Origin: Deltaproteobacteria bacterium
GTDB lineage: Bacteria > Desulfobacterota > Dissulfuribacteria > Dissulfuribacterales > UBA3076
NCBI GenBank assembly: GCA_011042225.1
Contig: DQXT01000056.1
Location: 1-54,476 of the forward strand
Reading direction: 5' to 3'
Length of the DNA: 54,476 nucleotides
The notes under the pieces are model-generated. The model saw nothing but the letters and a program-made list of their open reading frames with translations, did no database searches and was not told the DNA's origin. The first letter of the stretch is position 1, and the number at the start of each line of letters is the position of its first letter. This document shows positions 1 to 8,992 of this stretch, piece after piece. A program made the position numbers and the translations under genes.

Positions 1-150
1 ACGGAAATCAAAGTGCATGTGACCGGCATCGTGCTGCTGAATCACAAAAATCGGTTTCGCTCCTGATTTTATGAGGGCGGCTTTGGGCTCCGCTGTCTTC
101 TCAAAATCACGTTTTGCCCTGTATTCTTGAAGCGTTTTGTCCTTTTTCAT
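1..150 (-). CDS. N-terminal fragment of a LigD-type 3-prime-phosphoesterase domain protein; the gene runs off the left edge
   Basis: My own minus-strand translation from the ATG (complement of 148-150) gives MKKDKTLQEYRAKRDFEKTAEPKAALIKSGAKPIFVIQQHDAGHMHFDFR. The YRxKRDFxxTxEP ... FVxQxHxAxxxHxDFR pattern is the recognisable N-terminus of DNA ligase D phosphoesterase modules. Only 50 codons are visible. Confidence 0.5.
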   Translation of the reverse strand, partial: MKKDKTLQEYRAKRDFEKTAEPKAALIKSGAKPIFVIQQHDAGHMHFDFR

Positions 151-228
151 GATCCCAGGATTTCTTGAATTTGACGCCTGAGAAATTTAGATAGACGCCC
201 AATTAAACCCTTAATCTTTCAGAATGTC

Positions 229-1005
229 TTACAAATTTACCTTCAGGCCCTTTTCCTGAAGATACTTTTTAAGCTCCCTGATACCTATGGTGCGATAGTG
301 AAAAACCGAAGCGGCCAATAAAATCCGGGCACCCCCCTGAACAACTCCCTGGTAGAAATCTTCCAGCGTTCCGGCCCCGCCCGACGCTACCACAGGCAGG
401 TCAACTGCATCTGAAATGGCCCTTGTATACTCCAGGTCGTAACCGGTCTGGGTCCCGTCGCCATCCATACTCGTCGGCAGGATAACACCGGCCCCCAGTT
501 CCTGACACTGCCTGGCCCAGTCCACGGCGTCTTTTCCCACCGGCTTGGTACCACCTGAGACCACCAGTTCAAATCCGGATGGCATATCCCTGTTCCTCCT
601 GGCGTCAATGGCTACCGTCACCTTCTCCGGTCCGAAATCATTCGCTGCCTGCCGGACCAGATCCGGATCCTTAACAGCGGCACTATTCATGGATATTTTG
701 TCGGCACCCGCATCAAATACCGATCTTATATCCTCCAAAGAGGAAATGCCCCCGCCGACCGTAAGTGGAATACTGATAACCGATGAGACCCTCCTGACCC
801 ATTCCAGCATGGTCTTTCGATTTTCCAGTGTAGCGGCGATATCCAGCATGGCCAGCTCATCAGCCCCTTCCTTTTCATAAAAAGACGCATTCTCCACTGG
901 ATCACCTGCGTCTTTCAGGTCCACAAAATGTATGCCCTTGACGACCCTTCCGTCTTTCATATCAAGGCACGGCATGATTTTTATTTTATTCTGTACTAAA
1001 TTCAT
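229..1005 (-). CDS. hisF: Imidazole glycerol phosphate synthase, cyclase subunit HisF
   Basis: 258-aa ORF with typical HisF (beta/alpha)8 motifs: IIPCLDxxxGRVVKG-like N-terminus ([15 protein letters not shown]), [35 protein letters not shown]. Confidence 0.95.
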   Translation of the reverse strand: MNLVQNKIKIMPCLDMKDGRVVKGIHFVDLKDAGDPVENASFYEKEGADELAMLDIAATLENRKTMLEWVRRVSSVISIPLTVGGGISSLEDIRSVFDAGADKISMNSAAVKDPDLVRQAANDFGPEKVTVAIDARRNRDMPSGFELVVSGGTKPVGKDAVDWARQCQELGAGVILPTSMDGDGTQTGYDLEYTRAISDAVDLPVVASGGAGTLEDFYQGVVQGGARILLAASVFHYRTIGIRELKKYLQEKGLKVNL

Positions 1006-1039
1006 TATTTCTCCTTTCGTTTTTCGAAAATGCCCATAA

Positions 1040-2644
1040 TTATTTTCTCATTAGCTTCATGGCCTTTGAATAAAGTCTGATATATTTCTCTCTTACCTTG
1101 CTCCATGTATAGTGTTCGTATATATTACGAACCGCGTTTATTTGCATCTCCCTTATTGTATCAGGTGAATTTCTAAAAACATTTAAGGCCCTGTTCATGC
1201 ACTCGATAAGGGCATCGGTTGTAGAATCCTTAAAAGAAAAACCGTTAAAGCCTTCTTTTACCTTTATCAGACCGCCTGTAGTGTGGACAATGGGTATATT
1301 ACCCATTAGCTGAGCCATAAAATCAGTGAGACCACAAGGCTCGTATCGGGAAGAAATTACAAAAAAATCCCCCGCGGCATAAATAAGATTTGCAAGCCCT
1401 GAATCATATCCTATCAGCAGTGCAAAACGCTCCTCATCAGCCAGGTGCTCCGCCAGGGATATCAATTGTTTCTCTATATCACTGTTGCCGCTGCCAAGGA
1501 TTACCACCTGAATCTTCTTATCCTCTGCAAGCAGGTTTTCCAGGGCCTCGCCCAGTACATCCAGACCCTTCTGTTCGGAAAAACGGCTCACAACGGTAAA
1601 CAGGGGCTGACTCGGGCTGTAATCAATAGCGCCATATGTCTTAATACCGCTAATGTCACCGAACATCGCTCTGATGACAAGCTCCTTTCTGCAAATTGAT
1701 TTACCGGCCAAATCACCCCCGGCTGGATCAAAGGATGCAGGAAGTCCTAATTTTTCCGGATATTTCGGGCTGAACTCATCAGGATTGATGCCGTTTGTGA
1801 TCCCTTCTATCAATATGCCCCTGTCCTTAAGGGTATGGCCCAGCCATCCTGTAAGGGCGTCAAGTTCTGTTTCCTGGAGTTCCCTCGCGTAGTTTTCGCT
1901 TACCGTATTTATAGGCGCATAAGCGGCACCGGCGAGAAATGGATTAAAGGAACCATTGAGGACAGCGTTGTAGACGACCCTTTGGGGAAGCCCGGTTACA
2001 ACCATGGCAAAAAACAGGTCCGCCACATCCTGGTGATAGCCCAGGCCGGCATTATGTATGGTAAGCAGGGCGCCACTATCCTTAAAGTACTGCCGGAAGC
2101 CGTCAATCTCCCTCATCATGGCCGGAAGCACGCTTGTATGACCATCCTGACAATGGAATATATCAGGCCTGGTACCCGTGAAAATTGCATAATCCAGTAC
2201 GGCCTTCTGAAGCAGGATATTCATGGCGAAATAGTCCAGGTGTCCCTCTCCTTTCTTATGACTGATATCAACATCCTCTTCTTCTTCTGTGTATAAATAG
2301 ATTCCAAGCTTTTCGCTGAAGCGGCCTGCCTCTACAAGTATTATATCCACACCCTTCAGATTCCTGTGCCAGAAGCCCACACCTTCCCTGCGTTCTTCGC
2401 GTGCATAGTTCAAGTCTACATCGAACTGCGGGCAAAGGGTCCTGAAACCCAATTCTTCCGGGTCCATAAAACCGTAGCGAGGCATAAAGACTGAAACTTC
2501 ATAGCCCGCACGCGCCAGTGATTCCGCAAGATCCCGGCTCACATCCTTTACCCCTCCTGCACCGGCTATCCCCCTGTACTCACGGGTCAGCATCCATATG
2601 GATTCAACATCATTCGGGTCTTTAAAATTCCGTAATACCTTCAT
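1040..2644 (-). CDS. glgA: Glycogen/starch synthase-like glycosyltransferase (GT5-type, GlgA-like)
   Basis: The ORF track frame is 1040..2764. I place the start at the internal MKVLRN (ATG complement 2642-2644) because the family N-terminus (GGVKDVSRDLAESLARAGYEVSVFMPRYG) follows directly. The C-terminal GT-B motifs (SRYEPCGLTDFMAQLMG) are present. Confidence 0.8.
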   Translation of the reverse strand: MKVLRNFKDPNDVESIWMLTREYRGIAGAGGVKDVSRDLAESLARAGYEVSVFMPRYGFMDPEELGFRTLCPQFDVDLNYAREERREGVGFWHRNLKGVDIILVEAGRFSEKLGIYLYTEEEEDVDISHKKGEGHLDYFAMNILLQKAVLDYAIFTGTRPDIFHCQDGHTSVLPAMMREIDGFRQYFKDSGALLTIHNAGLGYHQDVADLFFAMVVTGLPQRVVYNAVLNGSFNPFLAGAAYAPINTVSENYARELQETELDALTGWLGHTLKDRGILIEGITNGINPDEFSPKYPEKLGLPASFDPAGGDLAGKSICRKELVIRAMFGDISGIKTYGAIDYSPSQPLFTVVSRFSEQKGLDVLGEALENLLAEDKKIQVVILGSGNSDIEKQLISLAEHLADEERFALLIGYDSGLANLIYAAGDFFVISSRYEPCGLTDFMAQLMGNIPIVHTTGGLIKVKEGFNGFSFKDSTTDALIECMNRALNVFRNSPDTIREMQINAVRNIYEHYTWSKVREKYIRLYSKAMKLMRK

Positions 2645-2889
2645 GAAGCCCTCTTTTCTTTTTTGTTGGTGTTCAGCGGCCCCGGCCTTTTCGCCGCACA
2701 TCCCGAATCTCTTGGCGTCGTCTTTTACTGTTTTGTTTTGAACTGCAAATGTGAATAACCACATCGCCCTTGTAAAGTAAAGCCAGTGAATTTATGTTGA
2801 TGCTTGTTCTTTTGTCAATACAGTCGTTCGTAATATATTAATTTGTTATATTCAGGCCTAATGTTGTTTAGGTTTAGATTTGGAAACTA

Positions 2890-5256
2890 ATGAGAAAGCC
2901 TGTTAAAAACATCCTGGATACAATTGGCAATACTCCACTCGTCCATATTTGCCGTATCAATCCCGGCAACAAGGTCACTATCCTGGCAAAGATGGAAAGC
3001 TTTAATCCAGGGGGCTCTATTAAAGATCGTATAGCCCTTTCCATGATTGAAAGGGCGGAAGAAAGGGGGGAGCTGACAAAGGACAGGATAATCCTTGAGG
3101 CAAGCAGTGGTAATACAGGCATTGGCCTTGCGATGGTATCGGCCGTAAAGGGTTATCGCTGTCTTATTGCAATGAGTGAGGCAGCCAGTAGGGAGCGCCG
3201 TCAAATCATGCGCGCATATGGTGCTGAAATCCTCCTGACCCCCGCCCGCTTCGGGACTGACGGCGCCATAGAGGCTGTGTACAAACTGGCACTTGAAAAC
3301 CCCGACCGCTACTTCTGCACGGACCAGTACAACAACCCCGATAATACGCTGGCTCACTATCACGGTACAGCCACGGAGATCTGGGAACAGACCGGGGGCA
3401 AGGTGAATGTAATAGTGACCGCCATGGGGACCACCGGCACGCTGATGGGGATTACGCAACGTTTTCGAGAACTCAATCCAAAGGTAAGGATAGTCGGGGT
3501 AGAGCCATATTTTGGTCACGGCATCCAGGGGCTTAAGAATATGAAGGAATCCTACCGCCCCGGGATCTTTGACAAGCACCTGCCGGACGACATTGTCAAT
3601 GTCCACGACGATGAGGCCTTTGATCTGACTAAAAGACTTGCGCTGGAGGAAGGGCTTTTTGTCGGAATGAGTTCAGGTGCCGCCATGGCGGCGGCACTTG
3701 CAATAGCCGCGAAACTGGAAAAGGGCCTTGTAGTCGTTATTTTCCCCGATGGGGGCGACCGTTATCTGAGCACGGATATCTTTTCAGTTCCACAGGTTGA
3801 GCAGGCAGATCAGACCAAGGCCCTGCAACTAATTAACACCCTTACCCGGAGAAAGGAGATCTTTGAGCCATTAAATCCCGGAAAGGCGGGGATCTATTCC
3901 TGTGGACCCACGGTCCATGAATTCGCCCACATGGGACTCTGCAGGAGGCTGGTGGTTGCGGATCTTTTGAGACGCATACTTGAATACCAGGGTTATGAGG
4001 TCACACACGTAATGAATATTACCGACCTTGATGACAAGACGATCCATGCCGCCCAGTCCCAAGGTGTAAGTCTCAAGGAACTCACAGACCTTTATACCCA
4101 GGCCTTTATGGAAGATATTTCATCACTGAATATCAGGCCTGCCGCCTGCTATCCCAGGGCAAGCGCCCATATTGAGGCCATGATTCAACTGACCGAGCGA
4201 CTGGTTGATGCAGGTTATGCATACGTAAAACACGGTTCAGTATACTTTGACATATCAAAACTGCCTTCATATGGAAGGCTTTCCCGCGTGAGCCTTTCCG
4301 AAATTGACATTGGTAGGACAGTGGACCTGGATGACTACGAAAAAGACAGTCCTGTTGACTTCACGCTGTTCAAGAGGGTAACCCTGGATGAACTCAAAAG
4401 GGGATTAGGTTTTAAGACAAAATGGGGACAGGTCCGTCCGGGCTGGCATATAGAGTGTGCCGCAATGTCAATGCAATATTTGGGGGAATTTTTTGATATT
4501 CATACAAGCGGCTGCGACCTCATTTTTCCCCACCATGAAAATGAAATTGCAATTGCAATGGCCCTCACCAACCAGCCACTAGCCAGGACCTGGGTTCACA
4601 GCGAACTTATTTTGGTTGATGGGAAAAAGATGTCACGGTCAGCGGGTAATGTCGTTACACTACGAGATTTAATTAAAAGGGGTTTCACCGGAAGACAGGT
4701 CAGATTCTTTCTCCTGAGGACACACTATAGAAAGCCCATTAATTTCTCTTATGAATACCTGGAAGAATCCGCCAGGGCATTGAAACGATTTGACTATTTT
4801 GTATCTGAAGTCCAGGCCTTTACTATGGATAAAGTCTCTGCCGGAGACCCGAACCCTGATACTAAAAAGGCCTTGGAGGCCATGAAAAACGCATTTAATC
4901 TTGCTGTTAATGATGATCTCAATACTTCAAAGGCCGTGGGGACGATTTTCAGGTTGATCAGATATGTAAACCGGCTCATTGCCGCCCGGAAATTTTCTTC
5001 CCTGGATGCCCAAAATGTCATGGATACCCTGCAGGATGTGGATAAAGTCCTTGGTTGCCTGGATATTTCTATACCCAGACCAGAGCTAATAAAGAAAATC
5101 CAGGACTTGGTCTCACAGAGGGAAGAGGCCAGGAACTCAAAAAACTGGGACATAGCGGATACTATTCGGCGGCAACTCATGGATATTGGAGTGGAGGTAA
5201 TGGACACTGAAAACGGGGTCCGCTGGAGGTGGATTAAGAGGGTTGTAACCGTTTAG
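2890..5256 (+). CDS. Fusion protein: PLP-dependent cysteine synthase (CysK/CysM-like, residues 1 to about 300) joined to a full-length cysteinyl-tRNA synthetase (from about residue 312)
   Basis: Single 788-codon frame. The N-terminal half has SFNPGGSIKDR (PLP lysine), SSGNTG and GTTGT. The C-terminal half has NTLTRRKEIFEPL...YSCGPTV, WHIEC, FPHHENE, KMSRS and the DDLNT anticodon-domain motif. The HIGH motif reads HMGL. Confidence 0.9.
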   Translation: MRKPVKNILDTIGNTPLVHICRINPGNKVTILAKMESFNPGGSIKDRIALSMIERAEERGELTKDRIILEASSGNTGIGLAMVSAVKGYRCLIAMSEAASRERRQIMRAYGAEILLTPARFGTDGAIEAVYKLALENPDRYFCTDQYNNPDNTLAHYHGTATEIWEQTGGKVNVIVTAMGTTGTLMGITQRFRELNPKVRIVGVEPYFGHGIQGLKNMKESYRPGIFDKHLPDDIVNVHDDEAFDLTKRLALEEGLFVGMSSGAAMAAALAIAAKLEKGLVVVIFPDGGDRYLSTDIFSVPQVEQADQTKALQLINTLTRRKEIFEPLNPGKAGIYSCGPTVHEFAHMGLCRRLVVADLLRRILEYQGYEVTHVMNITDLDDKTIHAAQSQGVSLKELTDLYTQAFMEDISSLNIRPAACYPRASAHIEAMIQLTERLVDAGYAYVKHGSVYFDISKLPSYGRLSRVSLSEIDIGRTVDLDDYEKDSPVDFTLFKRVTLDELKRGLGFKTKWGQVRPGWHIECAAMSMQYLGEFFDIHTSGCDLIFPHHENEIAIAMALTNQPLARTWVHSELILVDGKKMSRSAGNVVTLRDLIKRGFTGRQVRFFLLRTHYRKPINFSYEYLEESARALKRFDYFVSEVQAFTMDKVSAGDPNPDTKKALEAMKNAFNLAVNDDLNTSKAVGTIFRLIRYVNRLIAARKFSSLDAQNVMDTLQDVDKVLGCLDISIPRPELIKKIQDLVSQREEARNSKNWDIADTIRRQLMDIGVEVMDTENGVRWRWIKRVVTV

Positions 5257-5425
5257 GGGTTCAGAGGTTCAGAGGTTCAAAGTTTAACGAAAATCTGAAC
5301 CGTTGATTCGTGAGTTCTGAATGGCTTGTGACGACATTAGTCATTGGTCATTGGGGAAATTGTGATATAAAATTGGAAAATTTGAACCCTGAACGGTGAA
5401 CCCTGAACCTTTGAACCCTGAAAGG
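5257..5425. repeat. Inverted arrays of GGTTCA-containing short repeats flanking a spacer of about 90 bp
   Basis: The left arm (5257-5285) is GGGTTCAGAGGTTCAGAGGTTCAAAGTTT. The right arm (5378-5425) has three direct copies of TGAACCCTGAA, which is the reverse complement of TTCAGGGTTCA. The spacer contains a GTCATTG GTCATTG tandem. The last right-arm unit ends in the AAAGGA ribosome-binding site of the next gene. Confidence 0.7.
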
Positions 5426-5431
5426 AAATTT

Positions 5432-6274
5432 ATGCGCACATTTTTGGACTGCATTCCCTGTTTCATGATCCAGGCCCTGAGAACCGGTCGTCTGGCAGGT
5501 CTTTCCGACGAGAAAATTCTCAGGTTGCTGATAGAGCTGGGGGGGGAAATCAAAAAAATCAGGCTGGATGATCCGCCGCCCAAGACGGCGGTAATGGTGT
5601 ATGACCTTATAAACAGATACACAGGCGAACCGGACGCCTTTAAGAGAGTAAAAAGGCAAGCGACCGATAGGGCACTCGCCCTTTATCCCGAATTGAAAAA
5701 AGAGGTCATGGAGGCTGAAGACCCATTGGGACTCGCTATGCGGCTTGCCACGGCAGGAAATGTGATTGATTTCGGCGTATCATCCAGTTATGACCTGGAA
5801 TCGGAGATTCAAAAAATAATACACCAGCCTTTTGGGCGATGGGATGAGCAGGAATTTAAAAAGGCGATTAGCACGGCGGACTGGATCCTCTATCTGGGGG
5901 ACAATGCGGGAGAGACCGTCTTTGACCGCCTTCTTATAGAGACCATGGGGCATAAGGTCACTTATGTGGTCAGGGAAAAACCGATTATTAACGATGCCAC
6001 CATGGAAGATGCTTTAGAGGCCGGCCTTGATAAAATAGCATCCATCATTTCATCCGGGTGTGCCACCCCTGGTACTGTTTTGAGCCAATGCTCCCCGGAA
6101 TTCCTTGAGCTGTTTAAAAAGGCACCTGTCATCATAAGTAAAGGTCAGGGGAATTACGAGACCCTGTCAGGATCGGGCGTACCTGTATTTTTCTTCCTGA
6201 AGGCCAAATGTGATGTGGTGGCAAGGCACCTCGGAGTAAAAAAAGGCGATCTGGTCCTTGCTTACAGCTCCTGA
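5432..6274 (+). CDS. DUF89 (ARMT1-like damage-control phosphatase) family protein
   Basis: The N-terminus MRTFLDCIPCFMIQALR is the typical CxxC opening of bacterial and archaeal DUF89 proteins. The C-terminal SKGQGNYETL motif is also present. I moved the start to ATG 5432, which follows AAAGGA; the track start 5396 lies inside the repeat. Confidence 0.75.
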   Translation: MRTFLDCIPCFMIQALRTGRLAGLSDEKILRLLIELGGEIKKIRLDDPPPKTAVMVYDLINRYTGEPDAFKRVKRQATDRALALYPELKKEVMEAEDPLGLAMRLATAGNVIDFGVSSSYDLESEIQKIIHQPFGRWDEQEFKKAISTADWILYLGDNAGETVFDRLLIETMGHKVTYVVREKPIINDATMEDALEAGLDKIASIISSGCATPGTVLSQCSPEFLELFKKAPVIISKGQGNYETLSGSGVPVFFFLKAKCDVVARHLGVKKGDLVLAYSS

Positions 6275-6402
6275 ACGCAGAGTCCTTCGGGCGAATTTAA
6301 AAATCTTCGGCCCGGATTCTATGGATTTACACCGCTTAATACGTATTCATCTATATAATCCGTGGCCAAGAAAGTCCTATAATTTGAACTTAGCAGGTAA
6401 TC

Positions 6403-7998
6403 TTGAGTACACAACGCGCGCCCGGCCATAGTGGAAAGGCGGTCCATCTTGCCCGTTCGGCGGGATCGGTGAGTATTGCCGTACTCTTTTCCCGCATACT
6501 GGGCCTCGTAAGAGAGCAGGTGCTTGCAGGCCTTTTTGGTGCCGGTACTGCAATGGACGCCTTTGTTGTGGCCTTTCGTATACCCAATCTCCTGAGGGAC
6601 CTCTTTGCAGAGGGCGCACTGAGCGCGGCGTTTGTTACGGTCTTTACTGAATACGATCAAAAACGCTCAAAAGAAGAGATCTGGCGTCTTGTAAACAACG
6701 TCCTGGCGGTAGTCACTGTAGTTGTTTCTTTGACCGTTATTCTAGGAATGATCTTCTCCCATGAACTGGTAATGCTGCTCGCACCGGATTTTGCCAAAGT
6801 AGCCGGCAAGGTGGAACTTACCCAGCGGCTGACAATCATAATGTTTCCCTTCTTGCTGCTGGTCTCTATTTCGTCAGTACTTATGGGAATATTGAACACA
6901 AGGGGTTATTTCTTTATCCCCTCTCTGGCATCCAGTTGTTTCAATATGACCTCCATAATTGTGGGCGTAGGGCTTGCTCTATTATTGCCGTTGTTCGGGC
7001 AACCGGCCATAATAGGTATGGCGGTGGGAAGCCTGCTGGGCGGCCTTTCACAAATGGGGATACAGGTGCCTGCTGTTCTGCGCCAGGGGTTTAAAATAAA
7101 GCCGGTGACGGATCTGGCGGATCCGGGGCTAAGACACATAGGCCGGTTGATTGTGCCTGCCATAATAGGCCTTTCCGCCACCCAGATTAACATCTTTGTA
7201 AATACAAACTTCGCCTCTCGCTGTGCAGAAGGGAGTGTCGCCTGGCTGAATTATGCATTCAGGCTGGTACAATTTCCCATAGGGCTCTTTGGCGTAGCTG
7301 TTTCAATAGCAACACTTCCTGTCGTAGCAAGACTGGCAACCAGAGGAGACTACAAACTACTGGGTGATACGCTGGTTTCGTCTCTCACCCTGGCCTCTGC
7401 CCTTACGATTCCAGCTGCCGTAGGGCTATGGGTCCTGGCCGAGCCAATAGTAGGGCTTATCTTCGAACACGGCCGTTTTACTCAATCGGATACCTTTATG
7501 ACGGCCCAGGCCCTGAGATTTTATTCAATCGGTCTCCTGGCCTATGCAGCAGTGAAAATAGTGGTGCCTGTATTCTATGCCCTTAATGACACACGATGGC
7601 CGGTAATAGGAAGTTTTTTGGCAGTAGCGCTTAATATATGCATCATACTTGCTACATTGGACAAATTGCAACACAGGGCCATAGCGCTATCCACCTCTGC
7701 CACCATGATATTCAATTTCATGCTCCTGGCTGCGGTGCTTTACAAAAAAATAGGCGGCTATCCTTCAAGAAGGCTTTTCTTGTCCCTGGGAAAGATTTTT
7801 CTGGCATCCGGCATAATGGGCCTGCTAGTATGGTGGGTTGAGATTCACATTGCAGGCGACCCTGGTATCCGGCTTTCAACGTTCAAGGTGTTTGCATCGA
7901 TGTTATTGGGCATTGTCTCATACGGGGTATTGGCCTATGTCTTAAAACTAACTGAATTTACTGAAATCATTGATAAAATCATAAAACGAATCAGGTAA
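6403..7998 (+). CDS. murJ: Lipid II flippase MurJ (MviN family)
   Basis: 531-aa polytopic membrane protein with the MurJ N-terminal signature SRILGLVREQVLAGLFGAGTAMDAFVVAFRIPNLLRDLFAEGALSAAF. The start codon is uncertain. Confidence 0.9.
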   Translation: MSTQRAPGHSGKAVHLARSAGSVSIAVLFSRILGLVREQVLAGLFGAGTAMDAFVVAFRIPNLLRDLFAEGALSAAFVTVFTEYDQKRSKEEIWRLVNNVLAVVTVVVSLTVILGMIFSHELVMLLAPDFAKVAGKVELTQRLTIIMFPFLLLVSISSVLMGILNTRGYFFIPSLASSCFNMTSIIVGVGLALLLPLFGQPAIIGMAVGSLLGGLSQMGIQVPAVLRQGFKIKPVTDLADPGLRHIGRLIVPAIIGLSATQINIFVNTNFASRCAEGSVAWLNYAFRLVQFPIGLFGVAVSIATLPVVARLATRGDYKLLGDTLVSSLTLASALTIPAAVGLWVLAEPIVGLIFEHGRFTQSDTFMTAQALRFYSIGLLAYAAVKIVVPVFYALNDTRWPVIGSFLAVALNICIILATLDKLQHRAIALSTSATMIFNFMLLAAVLYKKIGGYPSRRLFLSLGKIFLASGIMGLLVWWVEIHIAGDPGIRLSTFKVFASMLLGIVSYGVLAYVLKLTEFTEIIDKIIKRIR

Positions 7999-8000
7999 TC

Positions 8001-8804
8001 CTATATCTCCCCCGATCTCACCATATTGCAGAGTAACTCCCTGTAGTTTATGCCGGCCTTCCTGAATCCTTGAGTACCAAAATTCATGTTTGCTTCAAGG
8101 ATAAGAATTTTCCCCTGATGCTCACACATATCGAGCCCTACAAAATCGAAACCGCAGCGAATAGCAACATCCAGTGCCAGATTAAGGATATCTTCCGGGA
8201 CAGGATCAAGCAGAATCCTCCCTCCCTTGGCCACATTGGTACGGAATTCTCCAGGGGTAGATTCCTTCCAATAGGCATGGACAACTCGTTTGCCCAAAAT
8301 GACTACCCGGATATCCTTTTTCAAAGGGATATATCGTTGAATATAGGCTATTTTGGTCTTATGAAGATATTCCTCCAGCTCAGTATCGTTCTTAATCATA
8401 AAAACCCCGTCCCCTTTTGAGGACCCGACAGGCATTTTCCCTATACAGGGAAAGTCAAAATAATTAAGGATCTTAACTTTCCTTTGTTTACCATAGAACA
8501 GACGGGTCTCAGGTGTGGCGACATCCAAGAGATTAAAAAGAAGCGTTTGCTTTATCTTGTCACCCAAATGCCTATAACACTGCACGCTTGGAAAGGTCTT
8601 TTTCCCCATTGCATGCAGGGCATCGGCAAAAAATATAGTCGGGAAATAGATCTTAGAGGCATTTTGGATAAGGTTTCTCTCCTCTGTTGTATAATCCGCC
8701 AGGTTGGTCCTCAATCCGATAGAAAAAACCAATGGGCAGCGTCTAAGCTGGTAACCCAGAGCAATCCGCATCACTTGGCCATACCGGTTGATTTCCTCTG
8801 ACAT
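8001..8804 (-). CDS. ATP-grasp domain protein (RimK-like ligase family)
   Basis: 267 aa. The C-terminal half resembles the RimK/GshB-type ATP-grasp fold (YIQRYIP..KDIRVVILG, FRTNVAKGG, GLDMCEHQGKILILEANMNFG). It is convergent with murJ with a 2-nt gap. Confidence 0.7.
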   Translation of the reverse strand: MSEEINRYGQVMRIALGYQLRRCPLVFSIGLRTNLADYTTEERNLIQNASKIYFPTIFFADALHAMGKKTFPSVQCYRHLGDKIKQTLLFNLLDVATPETRLFYGKQRKVKILNYFDFPCIGKMPVGSSKGDGVFMIKNDTELEEYLHKTKIAYIQRYIPLKKDIRVVILGKRVVHAYWKESTPGEFRTNVAKGGRILLDPVPEDILNLALDVAIRCGFDFVGLDMCEHQGKILILEANMNFGTQGFRKAGINYRELLCNMVRSGEI

Positions 8805-8992
8805 CCTGTGGAATCAGGGATCAAAGAATAATTTCAGGGCCAGATATTCAGGCGGCCCTATTCTTAAAAGCAACAGGTTTAATTATAACCGATTCCGCTG
8901 TAAAATCGCAATTTAAGTTTTATTGATACGGAGACTTTACACACAAAAAATTGTCATGCCTGAGGTTCGGGAGAAGATAGTCCTGGTTGGTA

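Noticed and set aside
2645-2764. N-terminal extensions offered by the track: glgA-like (to 2764), cheA (from 13632), purH (from 29216), DUF89 (from 5396), hydrogenase large subunit (to 50968).
   Set aside because: The extensions overlap upstream genes or repeats and lack homology-type sequence. Internal starts coincide with the family N-termini and with ribosome-binding sites or overlapping stop/start signals.
2887-3606. Long antisense or out-of-frame ORFs in the supplied track. Examples: 2887..3606(-), 1835..2296(+), 16796..17284(-), 17421..17933(-), 29930..30664(-), 34834..35352(-), 44721..45500(+), 44856..45260(-), 45179..45769(+), 47219..47671(-), 49523..50020(+), 50952..51488(+), 53874..54440(-).
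   Set aside because: Each lies opposite or out of frame with a gene that carries clear family motifs. Their translations are low-complexity or biased (Ser/Pro/Arg-rich) and show no motifs. They are shadow ORFs, most frequent in the GC-rich permease region.
8836-8859. Hairpin AGGGCC-N12-GGCCCT between bioB and the ATP-grasp gene, as a terminator.
   Set aside because: The stem is only 6 bp, the loop is long at 12 nt, and no clean T-run follows on the relevant (minus) strand. It is too weak to call.
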